This document shows, piece by piece, positions 18,916-28,801 of a DNA stretch of 64,000 nt. Source of the DNA: Candidatus Komeilibacteria bacterium CG11_big_fil_rev_8_21_14_0_20_36_20 (lineage in GTDB: Bacteria > Patescibacteriota > Patescibacteriia > UBA1558 > GWA2-36-10). The DNA lies in contig PCWQ01000007.1 in NCBI GenBank assembly GCA_002787405.1, positions 31,296-95,295 of the forward strand. Reading direction: 5' to 3'. A program made the position numbers and the translations under genes. Every line of letters starts with the position of its first letter. Position 1 is the first letter of the stretch. Under the pieces are notes generated by a model. It searched no databases, was not told where the DNA came from, and saw only the letters and a program-made list of their open reading frames with translations.

Positions 18916-21057
18916 TTAATGACTTAAATCAATGACTATTTTATTTCTAAATAAAGAATCTGATGAACTCAATAATTTTTCCTCTTTATTAGCTATAACA
19001 ATTATCTCTGAAAATTTGACAAGCTCTTTCAAGTTATCCGTCAATAATGAAGATATATGTGGAATATGATTTATAATATAGTTTTTATTAGCTCCAAATA
19101 TTCTTGCCATATAAATATTTTTATCAAATATTGACACTTCAATCCCTTTGCCTATTAAATGCTCTACTATATCTATCATGGGGCTGTTTCTTAAATCATC
19201 TGTATTTTCTTTAAACGATAAACCAATTATCCCAATTTTCTTTTTATTAAAAGATAAAATAGTCTTTAAAATATTCTTTATATGCATGTTGTTGCTATTT
19301 AAAATATTAAATATCACCGGCAATTCTAAATCTCTCTTTTTAGCTCTGTTAACAAAAGCATTCAAATCTTTAGGAAGACATGAACCACCAAAGGGTTTGC
19401 CTGGCTTTAAATAATACGGTGATAAATTTAATTTTCTATCTTTGCAAAATATCTCCATAACTTTATGAGAATTAACACCAGCTGACTTACAGAATGTATC
19501 AATTTCATTAGCAAATGAAACCTTAAGAGCATGAAAAACATTATCAACATATTTAACAGTCTCTGCTGTTTTAATGTCAGTAACCATTTTCTCGCCAGAA
19601 ACATTATTATACAATAAATCCATCAAAAATTTGCCATCCTTTTCATCTTCTGCTCCAATAATTATTTTAGGGGGATTATAAAAATCAAAAATAGCTGAAC
19701 CCTCTCTTAAAAACTCCGGATTATGACATAATTTAATATTCTTGAATACTTTTTCTCCACATATTTTTAATAACATTGGCTTAATTATTGAATCAATTGT
19801 CCCTGGTAAAATAGTACTCCTAATTATAATAGTATGTTCCGAATTCTTTACCAATAAAGCTTTTGCTATTGTCGTAATAGCTTTTTCAATACTTGTATAA
19901 TCAATGCTGCCATTAGCTAAAGATGGCGTACCCACGCAAATCACGCTAATAGCCGTATTGATTATTGCAAAATCAACATCATCGGTGGCTTTTAATCTTC
20001 CGCACTCGACAGCGCTTTTTATTAAAGGACCTAATTCTGTTTCTATTAATGGGGCAACTCCTTGATTAATGGCTCCGATTTTAATAGGATTAACATCAAC
20101 ACCGATAATTTCAAAATTATTCTTTGCTAAACAGGCAGCGGAAACACAACCAACGTAGCCTAAACCGAAAATGCTGATTTTATTTATTTGATCTACGGAG
20201 GGCAAGCTTATTTTATCAACCGGCTCGCTTACCTTGTGTACACTAGAGAAATCCTGATGCTGCATCAAACTTCTAATTGCTAATTGCTCCTCTTCTTTCA
20301 AGGATTTAAAATAACCATCATCTCTTTTTATGTCACTATTGATTTCTAGCAACTCCGGATAATCTTTTAATAAATTAAGTATATCTTTCATGAAAAAAAT
20401 ATTTCTATCTTTGTATAAATTCTTATACACTTCTCTGACAAATTTTAAATCGCGTTCTTCATCAACTGTCCAACGCATTTGAGAATAATCCTGATCACAA
20501 TCATCTCCCTGAAAAGTATTAATTTTAAAGATTTGAGAATTATTCCAAATATAAGGCGTCACATGTTCTCTCTCGGATTTTAACTTTGCTTCTTTCCATG
20601 CTTTTTCTAAAGAACTAAAATTAAATACTTCCGTGTCTAAACCATCAGGATATGCTGAATCCATTGATTTATTAGTATGAGCTGTGCTAACATAATCAAA
20701 ATTATTTTTTAAGAAATATTCTATTGTTTTATCTATGATATTTGGATCTATCAAAGGACAGTCGCCTGTGATCCTTACAATGATATCAGTTTTATATTTC
20801 TTTGCTGCTTGATAATATCTATCTAAAACATCTGATTCGCTTCCCGTATAAACATCAATGCCTATTTGAGACGCGACTTCAACTAACTTCTGATCTATCA
20901 GCTTGTCACTAGTGGCTAATATTACTTTATCAATTTTACTAGTGCTTTTGACCCTATTTACTACATGCCAAATCATTGGTTTGCCAGCAATATCAGCTAT
21001 TACTTTATTAGGCAACCTTTCCGCACTCATCCTAGCTTGAATAATTGCTACTATCAT
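18916..21057 (-). CDS. Fusion of SpsF/PseF-like cytidylyltransferase and GDP-mannose/UDP-glucose 6-dehydrogenase (AlgD-like)
   Basis: N-terminal IIQARMSAERLPNKV, GSESDVLDRY, RITGDCP, REHVTPYI, RWTVD; C-terminal FGLGYVG, CVGTPS, NPEFLREG, FGGSCLPKD, GLSFK..TDDLRNSP. ATG 21057 forms an ATGA overlap with the upstream stop. Confidence 0.88.
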   Translation of the reverse strand: MIVAIIQARMSAERLPNKVIADIAGKPMIWHVVNRVKSTSKIDKVILATSDKLIDQKLVEVASQIGIDVYTGSESDVLDRYYQAAKKYKTDIIVRITGDCPLIDPNIIDKTIEYFLKNNFDYVSTAHTNKSMDSAYPDGLDTEVFNFSSLEKAWKEAKLKSEREHVTPYIWNNSQIFKINTFQGDDCDQDYSQMRWTVDEERDLKFVREVYKNLYKDRNIFFMKDILNLLKDYPELLEINSDIKRDDGYFKSLKEEEQLAIRSLMQHQDFSSVHKVSEPVDKISLPSVDQINKISIFGLGYVGCVSAACLAKNNFEIIGVDVNPIKIGAINQGVAPLIETELGPLIKSAVECGRLKATDDVDFAIINTAISVICVGTPSLANGSIDYTSIEKAITTIAKALLVKNSEHTIIIRSTILPGTIDSIIKPMLLKICGEKVFKNIKLCHNPEFLREGSAIFDFYNPPKIIIGAEDEKDGKFLMDLLYNNVSGEKMVTDIKTAETVKYVDNVFHALKVSFANEIDTFCKSAGVNSHKVMEIFCKDRKLNLSPYYLKPGKPFGGSCLPKDLNAFVNRAKKRDLELPVIFNILNSNNMHIKNILKTILSFNKKKIGIIGLSFKENTDDLRNSPMIDIVEHLIGKGIEVSIFDKNIYMARIFGANKNYIINHIPHISSLLTDNLKELVKFSEIIVIANKEEKLLSSSDSLFRNKIVIDLSH

Positions 21058-21710
21058 AATATTTGTGGGGCTAGACCATAACAAGATCTAATAACCAGAT
21101 GGCGATGGATATTAAATCCATTTTTATTAATTTTTTCTGGATCTACATAACGTCCTATATAAACCCTATCACCATTGTGGTCCTTGTCAGAACACCAAAT
21201 AAAATCGTGCGCCCATAAAATCTGACCCTTATTTAATAAATAATAAGAAAAGAAAGTAAAAGCTGCTAAAATGGCTGAAGGGAAACCTTCCTTCATTTTT
21301 AAATCATTGTGTATTGTTTCAGGACTTTTACCACGACTATCTTCTGTAACATTTTTTTTAATTAAATACCATTTAAAATCTAAAACTTGATCATTAGCGA
21401 ATTTCTCATTCAAATACCAGTCCTGACTATAAAAACAGGGCTCTGATTTATCAGGCTGCCAACCAAAAATTGATCGCAGTTTGTTGATTGTTAATTTTTG
21501 TCCATCTGAGCTTTCGGGCATTCCTAGAATCAAAATATAATCATGTTTAATATTAATTTGCTCTAGATAATCCACGCTAAAAGGAACTTTTGGTATTGAT
21601 GATCTAAAGTTAAACGTATTAGATATTTTAAACTCGGAACTTATCGTCTTAAGCTCTTCCGGCCCAATAAAATCCGAGCCCATTATTTTTTTTATTTGTT
21701 GAAAATCCAT
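21054..21710 (-). CDS. Hypothetical protein within the pse-like module
   Basis: 218 aa ORF, tightly packed and translationally coupled; family not recognised. Confidence 0.7.
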   Translation of the reverse strand: MDFQQIKKIMGSDFIGPEELKTISSEFKISNTFNFRSSIPKVPFSVDYLEQINIKHDYILILGMPESSDGQKLTINKLRSIFGWQPDKSEPCFYSQDWYLNEKFANDQVLDFKWYLIKKNVTEDSRGKSPETIHNDLKMKEGFPSAILAAFTFFSYYLLNKGQILWAHDFIWCSDKDHNGDRVYIGRYVDPEKINKNGFNIHRHLVIRSCYGLAPQIL

Positions 21711-21716
21711 ATTTAA

Positions 21717-22310
21717 CTACTTTTGTTTCTCTTTCCAACTTTGATAATCCACTGCTGCTCTAATACTAACCAGATGGCCCTTTTTTCTATATTGTTTTAT
21801 TTTTGCCAACTCCACCCCTAAAAGTTGCAAGCGAGTTAGATTAGAATAACTAGTTTGTTCAAACCAGGAAAGGTCGCGAGCAGGCGCATTAAATATTTGT
21901 ATTTTTAATCTTGCCTGCTTCATTGCTTGTAAAAATGTAAGAAATGCTCTATCTTGATGAAAATGTGAAGCAACCAAAATTATTTTTTTCCACTTTTTAT
22001 TCCTTACTATCTTCATCACCTCCACCCCCTGATCATAGGTGTTCTGAGAATTATCTTCTATAACAATTTTATTTTTTGGTACACCTGCTTTTAATAATTT
22101 TTTAGCTAATAGACCAGCAGGAATAGTAAACTGCGGTACACTAGTGCACCCGCCTGAGACAACAATATTTTTTGCTAAGCCATCTTGAAATATTTTTAAG
22201 GTCTGTTTGAATCGATTATAACCATCTCCTTCTAACCAAATAACAGCATCTGATTTTTTAACAATGTCATTACTAGTGATGGCTATTAATGCTACCTCGT
22301 TAAATTTCAT
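21717..22310 (-). CDS. YdcF/DUF218 (ElyC/SanA-like) protein
   Basis: KSDAVIWLEGDG, VVSGG, IEDNSQNTYDQ, ILVASHFHQDRA. Confidence 0.82.
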   Translation of the reverse strand: MKFNEVALIAITSNDIVKKSDAVIWLEGDGYNRFKQTLKIFQDGLAKNIVVSGGCTSVPQFTIPAGLLAKKLLKAGVPKNKIVIEDNSQNTYDQGVEVMKIVRNKKWKKIILVASHFHQDRAFLTFLQAMKQARLKIQIFNAPARDLSWFEQTSYSNLTRLQLLGVELAKIKQYRKKGHLVSIRAAVDYQSWKEKQK

Positions 22311-22325
22311 AATTATTTTAATTAT

Positions 22326-23390
22326 CTAATTAAGATCTCCCCAATATATTGCTTCTCTGGCTTTAATATCATTCTTAGCTCTGCGTCCAACTATAGTATC
22401 CTTATGTTTTGGAAGAATACCTACCGCTGGTCTTAATTCAATAATATCATCATCTTTAATAACTTCGCCTTTATTAATGTCTTTCTTGGCGTGCAATGAA
22501 CGACGTTGAACAATTACCGTTTCTGCTTCTTCTTCAACCACATCTTTCACGGTACTGCCAAGGGCTTTCTCTAATAATCTTATTTGCTCAACCATTTTTT
22601 TGAATTTTTGTGCTTCCATTGAATGAGGATGATCTGGTCCATTGTCTTTATTGCTCAAAGTAAAATGTTTTTCAATCACCCTTGCTCCTAAGGCGACTGC
22701 TCCTAAAACCACTAAACTGCCAGGGGAATGATCAGAATAACCAGTCATAACATCAAAAGTGTTTTGATACGTTTTTAATACATTAATATTAGCACTCTCA
22801 ACTTTTGATGGATAATTAGTAATGCACTGCAAAAGCACTAAATCATTATTGCCTGTTGATTTGATAATTTTAACCGCCTCATCTATTTCAGCGAGGGTGC
22901 TATCTCCAGTTGACAGCATTATTGGTTTATTTTTCTTAGCAATGTATTTTAATATTTCATGCCAAGTGATATCTCCTGAACCAATCTTAAAAAAATCAAC
23001 TCCTAACTCATCCAAAAGATCTACAGCTGCAAAATCATAAGGAGCAGAAGTAAACAAGACACCTATTTGCTGACAATAATCAAAAAGTTCTCTATGCCAT
23101 TCTCTTGGAAATTCAGCTTCCTTAAAAACTTCATCAATAGGCTTATCCCATGTTCCATGCACTCCCTTTAACTTCATTTTGGAAAAACTTGGCCCAGAAA
23201 CAATCGTATCAGCCGAAAAAGTCTGAAACTTTACTACATCAGCACCAGATTTTTTAGCAGCCAAGGCTAACTTTTTAGCTTTTTCTAAACTACCATCAAA
23301 ATTTGCTCCAATATCAGCTATAATTAAGGTAGAGTGACCTTCACCAATAAATTTATGAGCAATGGGAATATTTTTAGAAAATTTACTCAT
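22326..23390 (-). CDS. pseI: Nonulosonic acid synthase (PseI/NeuB family) with SAF domain
   Basis: IIADIGAN, GADVVKFQT, KIGSGDIT, GYSDH, IEKHFTL..GPDH, RRSL, LRPAVG; start ATG 23390. Confidence 0.85.
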   Translation of the reverse strand: MSKFSKNIPIAHKFIGEGHSTLIIADIGANFDGSLEKAKKLALAAKKSGADVVKFQTFSADTIVSGPSFSKMKLKGVHGTWDKPIDEVFKEAEFPREWHRELFDYCQQIGVLFTSAPYDFAAVDLLDELGVDFFKIGSGDITWHEILKYIAKKNKPIMLSTGDSTLAEIDEAVKIIKSTGNNDLVLLQCITNYPSKVESANINVLKTYQNTFDVMTGYSDHSPGSLVVLGAVALGARVIEKHFTLSNKDNGPDHPHSMEAQKFKKMVEQIRLLEKALGSTVKDVVEEEAETVIVQRRSLHAKKDINKGEVIKDDDIIELRPAVGILPKHKDTIVGRRAKNDIKAREAIYWGDLN

Positions 23391-23395
23391 ACACT

Positions 23396-24367
23396 TTACT
23401 TTAATAATAATTTCTTTAAATCTTTTGCTGTCATCCACTCTTTATTTGTGTCGCTAACAAAACCAATGTTAGACTCCATCTTCTTCCCCATATCTAAAAA
23501 CTTTTTAAAATGTTCTTCCTTATTATAAGACTCGGACAAAACAACAAAATATTTATCTAACTCTACTGTATGTCTGGTTTCTTCTTTAGTTACCAGTGTT
23601 TCGTGTAATTTTTCACCAGGCCTGATGCCAATGATTTCCCTAGGGACGTTAGGCGCTAGGGCGTTAACTAAATCAACTAGTTTCATACTCGGAATTTTTG
23701 GTATAAAAATTTCTCCTCCCTGCATATTCTCTAGAGTAAATAACACTAATCTAAAAGCTTGCTCTAAGGTTATCCAAAATCTAGTCATCCTTTCATCAGT
23801 TATATATACCTTTTCAAGACTTGATTTCTTCAAAAGATGTTCCACAATACTTCCCCGACTGCCTATAACGTTGCCGTATCTAACACAACTAAACTTAGTT
23901 TTATCAGTGGCGTAAGAATTACCACTGCTAAATAATTTTTCTGCACAAAGTTTGGTCGACCCGTATAAATTGACCGGCTGAGCAGCTTTATCAGTCGAAA
24001 TTAATACCACTCTCTTAACTTGCTGATCAATAGCGGCATCAATAACGTTCTGGCTGCCTAGAATATTCGTTTTTACTGCCTCAAATGGATTATATTCTAA
24101 TGTTGGAATTTGTTTTAAAGCCGCTGCATGAATAATAATATCAACCCCACGAAAAGCCCGTTGCAATCTCTGTAAATCTCGCACATCACCAAGAAAAAAT
24201 CTTAACCTATCATCAGATATTTCTTTTTTCATTTCTGACTGCTTTAATTCATCACGGCTGAAGACGATTAATTTCTTTAGTTGATAATTATCAAGTAAAA
24301 ATTTTGTAAAGCTTTTGCCAAAAGATCCGGTTCCACCGGTGACTAAAACGGTTTTATTGTCTAACAT
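23396..24367 (-). CDS. pseB: UDP-GlcNAc 4,6-dehydratase (inverting)
   Basis: VTGGTGSFG, SRDELKQ, HAAALKQIP..EYNPFE, STDKA..PVNLYG, RYGNVIGSRGS, RMTRFWI, GIRPGEKLHE. Confidence 0.93.
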   Translation of the reverse strand: MLDNKTVLVTGGTGSFGKSFTKFLLDNYQLKKLIVFSRDELKQSEMKKEISDDRLRFFLGDVRDLQRLQRAFRGVDIIIHAAALKQIPTLEYNPFEAVKTNILGSQNVIDAAIDQQVKRVVLISTDKAAQPVNLYGSTKLCAEKLFSSGNSYATDKTKFSCVRYGNVIGSRGSIVEHLLKKSSLEKVYITDERMTRFWITLEQAFRLVLFTLENMQGGEIFIPKIPSMKLVDLVNALAPNVPREIIGIRPGEKLHETLVTKEETRHTVELDKYFVVLSESYNKEEHFKKFLDMGKKMESNIGFVSDTNKEWMTAKDLKKLLLK

Positions 24368-24414
24368 AAATTTAAAATTATAATTTATTATTATTTTATT
24401 AAAATTTAAGATTA

Positions 24415-25836
24415 CTATTTTAATGCCTCAATTACTCTCTTGGTCATATTAGACATACTCTCTTGTCTACTAATTTTTGTTGGTAAATCAGTGGGATTGA
24501 TAATAAAAGCATCAAAATTAATATTATCGACGCTTTTCAAATAATTAATAATATCCTGCTGATTTATACGAAAACCATTTTTAATTCTATTAAAAGCCAC
24601 CTTACAACTTTCAACATTATTCACTCTAAAAACACCAGGACAATCTCTATACCAGGGAAGTCCGAAGATAAGAGGTGGCTTAGAATTTAATAATGCTTCC
24701 CAGCCAGCTGTCCCAGTAACTGTAGCCACCGCTTGTGCTTTATAGATAAGATCAAAGGTACTAGTCGAAACTGGGATTAAAGACACATTCTTTAATTTTA
24801 AAATCTTTGTATAATAACCTGGATAGCGACCATCTGCATAATTTATTCCATGAAACCACCATTGAGCAGGGTGTTCCTTTGTATATATAACCCAATCATC
24901 AGGCAAGGCGCTACTCAAAACCTCTAACATAAGAATTTGATCAACAAATACATCGCCCATAGGGCTAGTTGTATATTCGGGCTGATATTGCAGTGGTACG
25001 TAAATAAATTTTTTGGATAAATCCGGAACACATTGAAATTTAAGATATTCTTTTTTGGTATTTTGTTTTAATCTCTTATTAAGATGCCCCATGGCCGATT
25101 TCAAAATCTTCCCCCGCTTAATATGCTTACCTGTAATTTTTAATTTAGTTAAAAATAAATTGACCCCAGTATACTGCCTCCTTCCTTCTTTCATATATAT
25201 TGGCGTCGCATCGCGATTCTTATCCACACCTTGAATATAGTGTTCTCGTAAATCATTACTAAGATCTTCGATGGAAAAATGTTTACCTCTATTACTCTCT
25301 ATTTCCTTACATAAGACCTGACTACCCTTACGAAAGTCTTCGTACATGATAGTTTTACCAAACTGCCATGTTGATTCGAACATTAGTGTTTTTATTCTGA
25401 ATAATTTTGCTAAGGAATAAATCACATAATCATGCGATGAATGAGGTGGAAAGGCATAAACAATAGCATCTGGTTTATATTTTTTAAGAACGCCATTCCA
25501 ATATTGTAAAAGGTTGTAATATAAATGTTTGCGTTCATCAACCCTCTGCATGCCATGACACTTTCTATTCATCATGGTTAAAATTAAAGATTCATCATGA
25601 TATAATTTCTCTATTAAATCAACACCCGGCGCTGGAAATTGCGATGTATCAACACCCGGCGCTGGTTTAGCGACCCAAGCATCTGGATGATTATGAAAAA
25701 TAATTTCAGGATATTTCTTTTCTACTCCCCCAGAAAACCCTAGCCAATAAACAACCTTATGAGAATTTCTTTTTAATTCTAATAGTAATTCTTCTATTTC
25801 TGGCCCACATTGTGTCCAACTCAAAAGTATACGCAT
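24415..25836 (-). CDS. Capsule-biosynthesis (KpsS/Capsule_synth-like) protein, candidate nonulosonate transferase
   Basis: YVPLQYQPE, KEHP, TVTGTAGWEALL; adjacent to pseB/pseI. Confidence 0.72.
   Translation of the reverse strand: MRILLSWTQCGPEIEELLLELKRNSHKVVYWLGFSGGVEKKYPEIIFHNHPDAWVAKPAPGVDTSQFPAPGVDLIEKLYHDESLILTMMNRKCHGMQRVDERKHLYYNLLQYWNGVLKKYKPDAIVYAFPPHSSHDYVIYSLAKLFRIKTLMFESTWQFGKTIMYEDFRKGSQVLCKEIESNRGKHFSIEDLSNDLREHYIQGVDKNRDATPIYMKEGRRQYTGVNLFLTKLKITGKHIKRGKILKSAMGHLNKRLKQNTKKEYLKFQCVPDLSKKFIYVPLQYQPEYTTSPMGDVFVDQILMLEVLSSALPDDWVIYTKEHPAQWWFHGINYADGRYPGYYTKILKLKNVSLIPVSTSTFDLIYKAQAVATVTGTAGWEALLNSKPPLIFGLPWYRDCPGVFRVNNVESCKVAFNRIKNGFRINQQDIINYLKSVDNINFDAFIINPTDLPTKISRQESMSNMTKRVIEALK
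25618..25665. repeat. 18-bp direct repeat with 30-bp period inside a CDS
   Basis: ATCAACACCCGGCGCTGG at 25618 and 25648; encodes PAPGVD twice. Confidence 0.85.
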
Positions 25837-25841
25837 ACAAA

Positions 25842-27623
25842 CTAATTATTTCTTAAATTATATATTTTAAAAAAATAAGAATTTTTATTTTTTAATAATG
25901 CCTTTGGCCTTCCTTGTTCAATAATTTTACCTCCACTTAAAACAATCAATCTATCCGCATCAGTTATCGTTGATAATCTATGCGCAATCACTAGAACTGT
26001 CATATAACCTTTAAGATGATTAATAACTTCTTGTATTTCTTTTTCCGATTCAACATCCAAAGCGCTCGTTGCTTCATCAAAAATCAATAATTGTGGATTT
26101 TTAACCAAAATACGCGCAATAACAACTCTTTGACGCTGTCCAGCTGAAAGTAAAATACCGCGCTCGCCAATTATAGTATCAAACTTATCAGGATAACCTT
26201 GAATAAAATTATAGATACTAGCCATCTTAGCAGCTTGTTCTACTTCTTGATCACTAATGGAGTTATCATAAAATTTAATATTATTGGCAATTGTATCGTT
26301 TATTAAAAATATATCTTGAGAAACATAACCAATGTTCTTTCGCCAATCATCTAAACTAATGGAATTAATATTTTTTCCGTCCAACAAAATTTGTCCATCC
26401 TTAGGATTAAATAAACGCAAAATCAAATCAATTAACGTGGTCTTTCCAACTCCCGAAGGACCTATAATACCAATCATCTCCCCTTTCTTGACTCCAAAAT
26501 TAATATTAGACAATATTTTTTTATGATGCTCATAATAAAAATTTATATTTTTAAATTCTAAATTTTTATTAAACAAAAAGGGAGCTGATCCCTTATTAAT
26601 TTCTTTGTTAGCGACAGCTTTTTGTTCGTAACTTAATACACTATTCAAATATGGAACAAATTCATTAATAGTATTTAAATTGCTTTGTAATTGCTGAAAA
26701 TATACAAAAATTCTTTCTATTAAATATATTATTGCCGCTAGAGACGCAAAATTAAAATCGGGTGATTTATAGAAAAAAGCAAAGATTAAACAAATAAAAA
26801 TTATACTAACAGGTTGAATAAGAGAATATGAGATGGCCTGCAATAAAAGAATTTTTATTGATATTTTTTTTAACTTATTAAAATAATCTTGCCCCTTTAA
26901 CAATACTTTATTCTCAACAGACATTCCTTTGACTGTTTTAATCCCCATAATATTCTCATTAACATAATGCGCTATCTCCTTATTACTATCTGACATCTTT
27001 CTAGAAGATACTTTAATCTTATAAATTATCGGTTTTAAAAAAAGAAACAGTAACATTCCTATGGCGAAAACCAGTGCAGTAATAGTCATAGAAATGTTTA
27101 TTGCTACTAAAGTATAAATCAATAAACTAGTTATTTGCATTATAGCGGCACTAATTTGTCTTAATAAAACCGCACTGGCACGCACATCTGTCATTATGAC
27201 AGTTTCTAGATAGCCTAACTTTTGCTTTAATAAATATGGCCAGTCGGCCTTAAGAGTTTTATCTAATAATAAGCCCCTGGTTTTTTCTTCATAATCCGAA
27301 GTTATTTTTATCTTAATATAATTAAAAATAACTGTTGCAACTGTTTTTAAAAAAAACAAAATACTAATAAATATTAGTAGCCATATTACACTTGGGGTAA
27401 TATGAATAAACGAGAAAAAATTACCAATAATTCTAGATATCAAATTATCGCCAGATTGATCCTTTAAGATAAAAGAAAATAAAGGAATTAAAGTATTAAT
27501 TCCAATACCTTCCAACAAACTTGCTATAAAGCCCAATATTACTAAAATTATGATTTGTGATTTATATTTTCCAAACGCTTCTTTTGATAATTTTAGAATT
27601 GTAGTTACTCTATTATTTCTCAT
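25842..27623 (-). CDS. ABC transporter TMD+NBD (PglK/MsbA-like lipid-linked glycan flippase)
   Basis: Six TM helices; GPSGVGKTT, LSAGQRQR, IFDEATSALD, IAHRL. Confidence 0.88.
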   Translation of the reverse strand: MRNNRVTTILKLSKEAFGKYKSQIIILVILGFIASLLEGIGINTLIPLFSFILKDQSGDNLISRIIGNFFSFIHITPSVIWLLIFISILFFLKTVATVIFNYIKIKITSDYEEKTRGLLLDKTLKADWPYLLKQKLGYLETVIMTDVRASAVLLRQISAAIMQITSLLIYTLVAINISMTITALVFAIGMLLFLFLKPIIYKIKVSSRKMSDSNKEIAHYVNENIMGIKTVKGMSVENKVLLKGQDYFNKLKKISIKILLLQAISYSLIQPVSIIFICLIFAFFYKSPDFNFASLAAIIYLIERIFVYFQQLQSNLNTINEFVPYLNSVLSYEQKAVANKEINKGSAPFLFNKNLEFKNINFYYEHHKKILSNINFGVKKGEMIGIIGPSGVGKTTLIDLILRLFNPKDGQILLDGKNINSISLDDWRKNIGYVSQDIFLINDTIANNIKFYDNSISDQEVEQAAKMASIYNFIQGYPDKFDTIIGERGILLSAGQRQRVVIARILVKNPQLLIFDEATSALDVESEKEIQEVINHLKGYMTVLVIAHRLSTITDADRLIVLSGGKIIEQGRPKALLKNKNSYFFKIYNLRNN

Positions 27624-27644
27624 TGATAATTATAAAATATTTGA

Positions 27645-27896
27645 TTACCATTTATTAATTTTATTCACTACTTTTTTCTTGGCTGTCAAATAATATTTAG
27701 TCGCCTTTTTTTCTGCTTTAGGGGATATCAAACGTAATATTTCCTTACCCAAAATTCTATATTGTCCGCCAACTTTGTTAGCCCTAATAAGTCCCTTTTT
27801 TAACATGCGCTTAATAGTGCTGTTACTTATTTTTAACAGCTCTTGTGCCTCACTGGTAGTGTAAACAATGTTTGGTCTTATTTCTCTATTATCCAT
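27645..27896 (-). CDS. Small excisionase/HTH_17 (MerR-like) DNA-binding protein
   Basis: YTTSEAQELLKISNSTIKRMLKKGLIRANKVGGQYRI; ATG 27896. Confidence 0.85.
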   Translation of the reverse strand: MDNREIRPNIVYTTSEAQELLKISNSTIKRMLKKGLIRANKVGGQYRILGKEILRLISPKAEKKATKYYLTAKKKVVNKINKW

Positions 27897-27902
27897 AATA
27901 AT

Positions 27903-27951
27903 ATAATACACTGAAGTATCAAATGGTGTCAATAAGTGTCAATGTGGATAA
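27903..27951 (-). promoter_or_regulatory. Promoter region with DnaA box and three 10-bp-periodic TTGAYAC repeats
   Basis: Minus strand TTATCCACA-TTGACACTTA-TTGACACCAT-TTGATACTTC-AGTG-TATTAT. Confidence 0.65.
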
Positions 27952-28017
27952 AAAATATATCCAACCTTGCTAAATTGAATATATTTTATCATTTTTGGCT
28001 CTAATAATCATATTGAA

Positions 28018-28728
28018 TCATGGACGTTCAATAGATCTTAAATAATTTGAACATTCTTCATTGTCAATGTTATCTAATTTAAGTTTACCGTCCGTTTTTT
28101 CAAAAAGATATTCCTCTACTTCCTTATAATATCTATGCCATTTATCATAAAATTTCTGATCTTTAGGAACCTTTGCTTTATTTTTGTCTCGTGCTTCTTC
28201 AAGAGAAACTACATTAACATTTCTTACTCTAGCATCAGAATAGGCTATTATAAGTTGTTCTAGGGGTATCTCATCAATTGCTTTACTTCGTGCCTCATTA
28301 TCTTCAATATAAATTTCAGGTACTCGACCTGCATATGAAGCAGTTTGTATGAATTGTTCTGAATAACCAGCCTGTTCTAGTAAAATTGTAAGTCGACCCT
28401 CTTTTTTTTCAGTATCGTATCTAACATCCCTTTCTATATCTATCCTTTTACTGACATCATGTAAAATAGCAGCTGACTCAACTAGTTCTGGATCAATGTC
28501 TTGGCCAGCTGTTTTTAATTTTTCTGCTAAAAATCCGGCTAAAGAACTAACCACCATAAGATGTTCTGTAACATTACGCCAATCCTTATTATCTTTTCCT
28601 AAGAGTCCGGCCTTTTTAATAACTCTCATTTCTTTCATATGCCTCTTAGCAAAGCTATCCCAAGTCTTTATTTTTTCTTTTTCCCCACCAGTAAATTGAG
28701 TAGTATCTATATTAAATTTTTCTGGCAT
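28018..28728 (-). CDS. HD-domain phosphohydrolase
   Basis: VTEHL...AAILHDVSK...IAYSDAR. Confidence 0.8.
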   Translation of the reverse strand: MPEKFNIDTTQFTGGEKEKIKTWDSFAKRHMKEMRVIKKAGLLGKDNKDWRNVTEHLMVVSSLAGFLAEKLKTAGQDIDPELVESAAILHDVSKRIDIERDVRYDTEKKEGRLTILLEQAGYSEQFIQTASYAGRVPEIYIEDNEARSKAIDEIPLEQLIIAYSDARVRNVNVVSLEEARDKNKAKVPKDQKFYDKWHRYYKEVEEYLFEKTDGKLKLDNIDNEECSNYLRSIERP

Positions 28729-28801
28729 AGATTATTTTGTTTCATGATACATATAATTATATTAGACGGTATCATATTAAAATTGAATTTTTATTCCTTT
28801 T

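Noticed and set aside
25618-25665. PAPGVD duplication as a functional repeat system
   Set aside because: Only two in-frame copies; most likely a local duplication.
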